Assembly: GCA_002328835.1 (NCBI GenBank)
Contig: DCWN01000042.1
Location: 177,493 to 241,492, forward strand
DNA length: 64,000 nucleotides
Source of the DNA: Acidobacteria bacterium UBA2161
GTDB lineage: Bacteria; Acidobacteriota; Vicinamibacteria; Vicinamibacterales; UBA823
Reading direction: 5' to 3'
Part shown: positions 57,584 to 64,000 of the stretch, in pieces
How the letters are laid out: every line of letters begins with the position of its first letter
Position numbering within the stretch: position 1 is the first letter of the stretch
Translations under genes and position numbers: made by a program
The notes under the pieces: generated by a model
The model's input: the letters and a program-made list of their open reading frames with translations, nothing else
Databases searched by the model: none
What the model was told of the DNA's origin: nothing

Positions 57584-57636
57584 GCGAGCCCATCGAGCTT
57601 ATGCGCTCCGCGTCCCGACGTCGAGCCACGTTGCCG

Positions 57637-57642
57637 TATAAT
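57637..57642 (+). promoter_or_regulatory. Perfect TATAAT box upstream of the S9 peptidase gene
   Basis: It lies 92 nt upstream of ATG 57735. The implied leader contains a GGGC-GAAA-GCCC tetraloop hairpin (57698-57709) and the SD GAGG. Confidence 0.35.
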
Positions 57643-57734
57643 CCGCGTCTGAACCAGATCGCCCGCATGCGCGCCTGTATCACCGGGACGACGATCCGGG
57701 CGAAAGCCCCACCCTTAGCCAAGACGAGGTATTC

Positions 57735-60032
57735 ATGCGACTTGCCCCCACGCCCTCGACGTCACGCGCGATGCTCGGCCTCGTGGCCGCGCTGAGCCTC
57801 GCCACCGCGGCACCGGCCGTCGTCTCCGCGCAGGCGACCCGGCCGATGACGTTCCTCGACGTTCAAGAACTCGCCCGGCCCGGCGCCTGGACCCCGAGCC
57901 CGGACGGCCAGTGGATGCTCTACACGATCTCGACTCCCGACTGGCAGGAGGCCGAGTCGCAGGTCGACCTCCACCTCGTGTCGATGTCGGATGGCGCGGC
58001 GTCGAGCCGGCGGCTGACGTTCACGGCCGATGCGGACGAGACGTCGCCGGCCTGGGCGCGCGACGGGAGCTTCTTCGCCTTCCTGTCCGACCGCGACGCC
58101 GGTGACAATGGCGACGACCAGCTGTTCTACATGCGTCCCGACGGCGGCGAAGCGCGCCGGATCACCGACGTACCGGACGGAATCGCCGATTTCGCCTTCA
58201 GTCTGGACGGCGACTGGCTTGCCTACCGCAGCGGCGACGACGGTCTCGAGCAGCTCTATCGACTCCCGGTGAGCGACCTCTTTTCGGCCGAATCCGAGCA
58301 ACTGACCGACGGCGAGGCGGGGGTCGAAGACTGGGAATGGGCGCGCGACAGCCGGCGGATCTATTTCACCCGCCCCGACGCCCACGACGCGGACGAGGTC
58401 GAGCGCCGGGAGCAGAAGTTCACGGTCGACATCCGCAACATGGTGACGCCGCTCTCCCACCTCTGGGCCATCGATCTCGCGCCCTCTGCCGGTGAGCCCC
58501 GGCAGCTCACCGACCAGGCCGACATCAGCGTCTCGGCCTTCCGCCTGTCCGACGACGGCCGCTGGGCCACGTTCACCGGCGGGTCCGCCGCGCGCTACGA
58601 GCGAAACATCACGGGCGCGCGGCTCTACGCCGACCAGTTCCTGCTGAACCTCCAGAGCGGCGACGTCGAGCGATTGACCGACAACTTCGAGGTCGGCGAG
58701 AGCCTCGCCAGCGTCTCTCCGGACGGCCGGTGGGTCGCCTTCTCCGCGCCGGATGACATGACGCGGTACACGATGACCGAGAATCGCGTCTACATCCGGG
58801 CGACCGGCGACCGTGGGCAGGCGTTCAGAAAGATCGGCGCCACGTTCGACGGCAGCCCCAGGATCGACTTCTGGTCCGACGACGGCAGCACGATCTACTT
58901 CAATCATGGCGTCAAGGTCACGACACAGCTCCACGCGCTCGACGTCGCCAGTGGCGACGTTCGTCAGATCACGACCGAACGTGCGGCACTCAGCGTGCGT
59001 CGCGACGACGACTCGGGCCGGATCCTCGTCGGCTACGCCGATCCGAAGACGCCGCCCACGGTCTTCGGCGTGCCCGACGTCGACGCCGTGGCCGACCGCG
59101 CCTCGTGGACGCGGCTGGTCGAGGCGAACCCGCAGGTCGCCGAGTTCGCGCTGGGCGAGGAGGCCGAGGTGAACTGGCGCTCGACCGACGGCAAGCTCGT
59201 CGGCGGCATCCTGGTTAAGCCGGTCGGGTACGAAGAAGGCCAGAGGTATCCCCTCATCGTCGCGATTCACGGCGGCCCGGCCTCGGCCGACGTCCTCCGC
59301 TTCAACGGCGGCTACAGCGCCCAGGTATACGCCGGCGCCGGCTACGCCGTCCTGAAGCCGAACTACCGGGGCTCGCGCAACTACGGCTACGCGCACCGGA
59401 CCGACATCGTCGGCGACTACTTCACGCTGGGCTACGACGACATCATGACCGGCGTGGACCACCTGATCGCCGAGGGCATCGTCGACGGCAACAGCATGGG
59501 CGCGCTCGGCTGGAGCGCCGGCGGCCACTGGTCGAACTGGATCCTGACGCACACCGATCGGTTCAAGGCGATCAGCTCGGGCGCCGGCACGATGAACTGG
59601 ATTTCGATGTACGCCCAGAGCGACGTCCAGCGAAACCGGCGCTTCTACGTGGGCGACGACCTGCTCTACGACAACTTCGACATGTATTGGGACCAGTCGC
59701 CGCTCAAGTACATCAAGGACGCGGCCACACCCACGATGATTCATGTCGTCGAGGGTGACCCGCGCGTCCCGAGCCCGCAGTCGGTCGAACTGCACATGGC
59801 GCTGAAGAAGCTCGGTGTCGACACGGAGCTGTTCATGTATCCGGGACGCAGCCACGGCATCCCGGATCCTCGGAACCGACTCGTGAAGGCCGTTAGCGAG
59901 ATGGCCTGGATGGACTTCTACGTCCGTGATCTTGGTGAGAAGTTCCAGTGGCGCGACGTGCTGGCCACGCTCGACCTGGACGCGGACGACGAGACGTCCG
60001 AGACCGGCGCGACGAGCGAGGCGCAGCGCTGA
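57735..60032 (+). CDS. S9-family (prolyl oligopeptidase / dipeptidyl peptidase) serine peptidase, secreted
   Basis: Signal peptide. N-terminal propeller. Catalytic domain with IHGGP, the nucleophile GWSAGG, and the distal D/H region (VVEGDPRVP, RSHGI). Confidence 0.85.
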   Translation: MRLAPTPSTSRAMLGLVAALSLATAAPAVVSAQATRPMTFLDVQELARPGAWTPSPDGQWMLYTISTPDWQEAESQVDLHLVSMSDGAASSRRLTFTADADETSPAWARDGSFFAFLSDRDAGDNGDDQLFYMRPDGGEARRITDVPDGIADFAFSLDGDWLAYRSGDDGLEQLYRLPVSDLFSAESEQLTDGEAGVEDWEWARDSRRIYFTRPDAHDADEVERREQKFTVDIRNMVTPLSHLWAIDLAPSAGEPRQLTDQADISVSAFRLSDDGRWATFTGGSAARYERNITGARLYADQFLLNLQSGDVERLTDNFEVGESLASVSPDGRWVAFSAPDDMTRYTMTENRVYIRATGDRGQAFRKIGATFDGSPRIDFWSDDGSTIYFNHGVKVTTQLHALDVASGDVRQITTERAALSVRRDDDSGRILVGYADPKTPPTVFGVPDVDAVADRASWTRLVEANPQVAEFALGEEAEVNWRSTDGKLVGGILVKPVGYEEGQRYPLIVAIHGGPASADVLRFNGGYSAQVYAGAGYAVLKPNYRGSRNYGYAHRTDIVGDYFTLGYDDIMTGVDHLIAEGIVDGNSMGALGWSAGGHWSNWILTHTDRFKAISSGAGTMNWISMYAQSDVQRNRRFYVGDDLLYDNFDMYWDQSPLKYIKDAATPTMIHVVEGDPRVPSPQSVELHMALKKLGVDTELFMYPGRSHGIPDPRNRLVKAVSEMAWMDFYVRDLGEKFQWRDVLATLDLDADDETSETGATSEAQR

Positions 60033-60052
60033 CGGACTTCGACGCCACAAGA

Positions 60053-60089
60053 AGACGGCCCGGGCATCGCGAGGAGGCCCGGGCCGTCT
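60053..60089. terminator. Perfect 13-bp GC-rich hairpin between convergent genes
   Basis: AGACGGCCCGGGC (60053-60065), an 11-nt loop, then GCCCGGGCCGTCT (60077-60089). The T-richer flank (TTCTTGTGG) is on the minus strand, downstream of the 60114..61385 gene. Confidence 0.55.
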
Positions 60090-60113
60090 GCGTACGCTCG
60101 ATCTGAGGCGCGC

Positions 60114-61385
60114 CTACTGGGTCGGCCAGAGCACGCCCTGGCTGTTCAGCCCCTCGGCACCTGCCGGAATCGGCCCCATGCCCTTGTAGACGAACTTCTG
60201 CACGCGAGACCCCTCGTAGGTCTCGGTCGTGTAGATGTTGCCGTCCGAGTCGACCGCGATGCTGTGCACGGCGAAGAACATGCCGGGCTGCCGTCCGCCA
60301 TCGCCGAACGCCGTCAGGACTTCCATCGTCTCGCGGAGGATGATGTAGACCTTCATGTTCTGCCCGTCGGCCAGGTAGATGTAGGTCTGCTCGGGATCGG
60401 GCGAGAAGTCGAGGTCCCAGGTCGAGCCTTGCGACCGCGTCGCCGGCGCGATGATGTACTCGTCGACGAACGTCCCGTCCTTCTGGAAGACCTGGATCCG
60501 GTCGGCGGCGCGGTCACAGACGTAGACCAGGCCGTCGTTGGCGATCTCAGAGCAATGCACGGGCCCACGGAACTGCTTCGCGGGTTCCGCCTCGTCCGGC
60601 GAGTACCGGCCGAGATCGACGCTGTCGTCCGGCGGCTCGCCATACGCGCCCCAGTACCGCTTGATTTCGCCTGAGTCCATGTCGACGACCGCGATCCGCT
60701 TGTTGTAGTAGCCGTCGGCGAAGTAGGCCTCGTTCGCGTCGGGGTCGATCCCGATCTTGGCGACCCGGCCGAAGCTCTCCATGTCGTGGCTGTCGCGCTC
60801 GAAGACCGGCCGGCCGTCGCGCTCGCCGGTCTGGCGCGCACCGAACTGGCCGAACGACTTCACGAACGTGCCGTCGCGCGTGAACTTGAGCACGTGCGAG
60901 TCGGCGCCGCCGTTGCCGCCGATCCAGACGTTGTCCATGTGATCGATGGTGATGCCGTGATTCGACTGCGGCCAGACGTAGTCACCGGTCTCGGTGCCGG
61001 GTCCGCCCCAGCTCCCCACCAGATTGCCTTCCTGGTCGAACTCGAGCACCGGGTCACCCGGCTGGCAGCACTCGCTCAGCGGCGGGTCCTGGGCCAGGCC
61101 GATCTCGGTGGTCGCGGCGAACTGGTCCGGCGTGTTGCGATGCACGACCCAGATGTGGTCCTGCGAGTCGACGTCGACGCCGATCGTCGGGCCCATCAGC
61201 CAGTGATTCGGCAGGTTCTTCGGCCACACCGGGTCGACCTCGAACATGGGCGCTTGTGTTCCGTCGCCCGCGGCCGCCGCCATGCCCTCACTGGCCTCCT
61301 CCTCCACCATCGCCTGGCCGCAGCCAAGCGCGATCAGGAGCGCGGCCAACGAGGCTCCAACGAAAAGGTTCTGCTTCCGCTTCAT
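60114..61385 (-). CDS. NHL/PAL-like beta-propeller lipoprotein (paralogue of 20393..21571)
   Basis: ATG 61385 is preceded by GGGGGAGGAG. Lipobox LIALGC. FEVDPVWPKNLPNHW, SECCQ, NLVGSWGGPG, YVCDRAADRIQVF, IYTTETYEGSRVQKF. Confidence 0.7.
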   Translation of the reverse strand: MKRKQNLFVGASLAALLIALGCGQAMVEEEASEGMAAAAGDGTQAPMFEVDPVWPKNLPNHWLMGPTIGVDVDSQDHIWVVHRNTPDQFAATTEIGLAQDPPLSECCQPGDPVLEFDQEGNLVGSWGGPGTETGDYVWPQSNHGITIDHMDNVWIGGNGGADSHVLKFTRDGTFVKSFGQFGARQTGERDGRPVFERDSHDMESFGRVAKIGIDPDANEAYFADGYYNKRIAVVDMDSGEIKRYWGAYGEPPDDSVDLGRYSPDEAEPAKQFRGPVHCSEIANDGLVYVCDRAADRIQVFQKDGTFVDEYIIAPATRSQGSTWDLDFSPDPEQTYIYLADGQNMKVYIILRETMEVLTAFGDGGRQPGMFFAVHSIAVDSDGNIYTTETYEGSRVQKFVYKGMGPIPAGAEGLNSQGVLWPTQ

Positions 61386-61448
61386 CCCACTCCTCCCCCT
61401 GGCCAAGATGCGAACCAAGCCGCGCCACACCACGGGCCCGGCATCGTC

Positions 61449-61478
61449 TTGGCGGCTGATAGCGCCGACAAGTATACT
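61449..61478 (+). promoter_or_regulatory. Sigma-70-like promoter TTGGCG-N18-TATACT, 14 nt from ATG 61493
   Basis: The -35 and -10 hexamers have canonical spacing. There is no SD before the ATG. The -10 sits in the 8-bp palindrome AGTATACT. Confidence 0.45.
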
Positions 61479-61492
61479 GGCGAACCGCTCGG

Positions 61493-62968
61493 ATGCACCC
61501 GATTTCCTCATTCCGATTCCTTCGCGGGCCTTCGGGCCCAACTTCTCGTCGCTCGAGTTCCGTATCCCGTTCGTCTTCAACGTGTTGCGCGCCTCGGCGG
61601 CCGGGCGTCCGCCGGCACCGTGGCGCCGCCTGTCTCGGCCTCCTGGTCGCAGGGCTTGTCGTCGCCTCACCGGTGGGCCCGGTCGCCCACGAGATTCCGG
61701 CCGACGTGACCGTGCAGGCGATCGTCCGGGCCGAGGGACGCCGGCTGCAGATGCTGGTGCGCGTGCCGTTGGTGGCGATGCAGGACTTCAATTTTCCGCA
61801 GCGCTCGGACGGCTACATTGACGTCGAGGCCGCCCGGGCGATGTTCCGGGACGCCATGATGGTCTGGGTGGGCGACGAACTGAACGTCTACGAACAGGAC
61901 ACGCGCCTGACCGGCCAGCGGCTGGTGGCCGTCCAGGTGTCCGAGCCGGATGACCGTTCGTTCGCGACCTATGCGGAGGCACTGGCCCGGATCACCGAGC
62001 AACCGCTCTCGAACGCCACGAACGTCTATTTCGAGAATGGCTTGCTGGACGCGCTCTTCGAGTATCCGATCCGATCGGGCACCTCGAACTTCTCGACCGA
62101 CCTGACGCTGGGCCGGCTGGGACTCCGGACGATCACCGTGCTGCGGCTCGTTCTGCCCAACGGCGCCGTCCGGGCGTTCGAGTACGCCGGCAACGCGGGC
62201 CTCATTCGCCTCGACCCGCGATGGCACCAGGCGGCGCTCCGCTTCGTGGCGCTCGGCTTCGAACACATCCTGGACGGCATCGACCACCTGCTCTTCCTGG
62301 CATGCCTGGTCATCCCCTTCAGGCGGCTCGGCCCGCTCGTGGCAATCGTCACCTCGTTCACCCTGGCCCACTCGGTCACGCTAATCGCGTCGGCGTTCGA
62401 CCTGGCGCCCGAGGCCGCCTGGTTCCCACCGCTCGTCGAGACGATCATCGCGCTGTCCATCGTCTACATGGCGGTCGAGAACATCGTCGGCGTGAAGCTC
62501 CAGCGGCGATGGCTGATCACGTTCGGCTTCGGATTGGTCCATGGCTTCGGGTTTTCGTTCGCCCTGCGCGAGACGCTGCAGTTCGCCGGATCGCACCTGC
62601 TGATGTCGCTGCTCTCGTTCAATCTCGGCGTCGAGCTGGGTCAACTCGCCGTCCTGGCGGTACTCGTGCCGGCCTTGACGTTGACGTTCAGACACGTCGT
62701 GCCGGAAACAATCGGCGCCGTCCTGCTCTCGGCGCTGGTGGCCCATACCGGCTGGCACTGGATGACCGAGCGCGGCGCGGAACTGGCGCTGCACGAGTTC
62801 CGACTCCCAGCATTCGATCTGCCTCTACTGATCACGGTCGCGCAGTGGGGGGTGCTCGCCGCCATCGTCGCCGGACTCGTCCGGCTGATGGTGTATGTCT
62901 TCCCGAACGCACCGTCACCGACCTCCGACCATGTCAGTCGCCGCGCACCTGAGAATCCGGGTCGCTGA
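61493..62968 (+). CDS. HupE/UreJ-family membrane protein with large N-terminal periplasmic domain
   Basis: GFEHILDGIDHLLFL, TLAHSVTL, GFGLVHGFGFS, NLGVELGQL. The start is assigned from the promoter geometry. The first ~35 aa are Arg/Ser-rich, so the start is uncertain. Confidence 0.7.
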   Translation: MHPISSFRFLRGPSGPTSRRSSSVSRSSSTCCAPRRPGVRRHRGAACLGLLVAGLVVASPVGPVAHEIPADVTVQAIVRAEGRRLQMLVRVPLVAMQDFNFPQRSDGYIDVEAARAMFRDAMMVWVGDELNVYEQDTRLTGQRLVAVQVSEPDDRSFATYAEALARITEQPLSNATNVYFENGLLDALFEYPIRSGTSNFSTDLTLGRLGLRTITVLRLVLPNGAVRAFEYAGNAGLIRLDPRWHQAALRFVALGFEHILDGIDHLLFLACLVIPFRRLGPLVAIVTSFTLAHSVTLIASAFDLAPEAAWFPPLVETIIALSIVYMAVENIVGVKLQRRWLITFGFGLVHGFGFSFALRETLQFAGSHLLMSLLSFNLGVELGQLAVLAVLVPALTLTFRHVVPETIGAVLLSALVAHTGWHWMTERGAELALHEFRLPAFDLPLLITVAQWGVLAAIVAGLVRLMVYVFPNAPSPTSDHVSRRAPENPGR

Positions 62969-63611
62969 GTACGACCGGACGATTCGCACGTTCATCCCCC
63001 ACTACAGCGAGATGCTGCGCGTGGCCTGCGATGCCCTGCGCCCGCGGCGTCCGGCACCGACGATCGTGGATCTGGGCGTCGGCACCGGCGCCCTCGCCGC
63101 CGCCTGCCTGAAGGCCGTGCCCGCCGCGCAGCTGGTCGGCCTCGATACCGACCCCGCCATGCTCGCCGTCGCCGCCCGCCGGCTGCGTCGCCGCGGGCGC
63201 CGCGTCGAGCTTCGACGGCAGGACTTCACCCGGGGCGCGCTCCCGCGCGCCGACCTCTTCACGGCCTGCATCTCGCTGCACCACGTCCTGACACCCGCCC
63301 CGAAGATCCGGCTGTACCGGCGCTGCCACGACGCCCTGCGGCGCGGCGGCGCCCTCGTGTCGATCGACTGCATGCCGCCGGCCGAGCCTGGCCTCCAGGC
63401 GATCTCCACCGAGGCGTGGCTCGACCACATGACCCGGACTTACTCGCGCCGCACCGCACGGGGCCACCTCGCAGCCTGGGCCGAGGAGGATCGGTACTTC
63501 CCGCTCGCGCAGGAACAGGAGATGCTGCGGGCCGCCGGCTTCCGGGTCGAGGTCGTCTGGCGGCGAGGCGCGTTCGCGGTCGTACGGGCCGCCAAGCGCC
63601 GCACGGCTTGA
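62931..63611 (+). CDS. Class I SAM-dependent methyltransferase
   Basis: YDRTIRTFIPHYSEML (CmoA-like N-terminus). Motif I VDLGVGTGAL. Overlaps the upstream gene by 38 nt. Confidence 0.7.
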   Translation: MSVAAHLRIRVAEYDRTIRTFIPHYSEMLRVACDALRPRRPAPTIVDLGVGTGALAAACLKAVPAAQLVGLDTDPAMLAVAARRLRRRGRRVELRRQDFTRGALPRADLFTACISLHHVLTPAPKIRLYRRCHDALRRGGALVSIDCMPPAEPGLQAISTEAWLDHMTRTYSRRTARGHLAAWAEEDRYFPLAQEQEMLRAAGFRVEVVWRRGAFAVVRAAKRRTA

Positions 63612-63626
63612 GGGAGATCCGGCCGG

Positions 63627-63638
63627 CCACTATAGTGG
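63627..63638 (+). promoter_or_regulatory. TATAGT -10-like box embedded in a perfect 12-bp palindrome CCACTATAGTGG
   Basis: TATAGT at 63631-63636, 40 nt upstream of ATG 63677 (SD CCAGGAGG). The palindrome is exact on both strands. Confidence 0.35.
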
Positions 63639-63676
63639 TGCGACCCGTCGGCAGGAATTGACTCCAGGAGGTCGCC

Positions 63677-64000
63677 ATGCAGGTCTTCCGTTGCGCCGTC
63701 GTCGTTGGGCTCGCCACGCTGCTCTGGGCCGCGCCGGCCGCAGCGCAGCAAGACGTCGACTGGGACGCCGTGGAGATCTCGGTGCATCACGTCGCCGGCG
63801 GCGTGCACTACCTGGAAGGCCGCGGCGGCAACATCGGCCTGTCGATCGGCGAGGATGGCGTCGTGATGATCGACGATCAGTACGCACCGCTGACCGATCG
63901 GATCGTCCGGGCGATCGAAGATGTGTCGAACGGCGACATCCGGTTCGTCATCAACACCCACGTGCACCCCGACCACACGGGCGGCAACGAGAACCTCGGC
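63677..64000 (+). CDS. MBL-fold metallo-hydrolase, secreted, 3'-partial
   Basis: It is not in the ORF track because there is no stop in the window. The ATG follows AGGAGG. Signal peptide VVVGLATLLWAAPAAAQQ. It reaches the HxHxDH motif (NTHVHPDHTGGN) at the window edge. Confidence 0.75.
   Translation, partial: MQVFRCAVVVGLATLLWAAPAAAQQDVDWDAVEISVHHVAGGVHYLEGRGGNIGLSIGEDGVVMIDDQYAPLTDRIVRAIEDVSNGDIRFVINTHVHPDHTGGNENLG

Noticed and set aside
57762-60050. A 762-aa ORF antisense to the whole S9 peptidase gene. Similar long antisense or shadow ORFs occur at 40390..42081, 37894..39387, 50973..52310, 16012..17307, 21884..23086, 33095..34330, 7767..8960, 12203..13312 and 20279..21145.
   Set aside because: In GC-rich DNA with GC-biased third positions, the reverse frames are naturally stop-poor. 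These translations are Arg/Pro/Gly/Ala-rich with no recognisable motifs. The opposite strand in each case encodes a protein with clear family signatures, signal peptides and SD or promoter signals.
61246-61821. Track ORFs 61246..61821 (+) and 61288..61791 (-), which span the divergent intergenic region between the propeller gene and the hupE-like gene.
   Set aside because: Their composition is junk-like (Arg/Pro/Ser-rich). They run through the promoter and SD elements of the two well-supported flanking genes.

Overview
This is a GC-rich bacterial chromosomal segment, roughly two-thirds G+C by eye. It is tightly packed with about 53 protein-coding genes on both strands. I found no rRNA, tRNA, CRISPR array, transposase, integrase or phage gene. 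The gene content suggests a soil Acidobacteriota-like organism, but that is inference only. The supporting genes are a PadR regulator followed by an ADOP-type duplicated MacB-like permease, a TIGR03436-type VWA protein, two DUF2961/GH172 genes, DUF1080, and many PQQ/NHL-type beta-propellers.

The dominant theme is exported redox and hydrolytic enzymes. Six proteins carry CxxCH haem-c motifs, three of them fused to beta-propeller modules (two PQQ/sGDH-type dehydrogenases, one Vgb-like). At least eight proteins have twin-arginine leaders, several on folds that are normally cytoplasmic: a DgoD-like enolase-superfamily dehydratase, two class-V PLP enzymes and a DAO-family flavoprotein. An HpcH aldolase carries a Sec-type signal peptide.

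The most interesting hypothesis is a periplasmic, cytochrome-c-linked, non-phosphorylative sugar-oxidation module centred on 24.8-31.2 kb, with further parts at 23 kb and 35 kb. I cannot show that this is a new system; it rests on domain content and leader peptides.

Other points:
- A GAF/sigma-54-type AAA+ protein lacks an HTH and has a variant GAFTGA loop.
- Three genes have single-base frame disruptions (ispH, a beta-lactamase-fold hydrolase at a C8 run, and a Ser/Thr kinase).
- There are two clear gene remnants (sulfatase, soluble glucose dehydrogenase).
- TATAAT-like boxes sit 10-14 nt from SD-less start codons, which suggests leaderless mRNAs.
- A 340-bp lower-GC intergenic stretch lies upstream of a lactate permease.

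All product calls come from motif and family recognition by eye. No database search was run.
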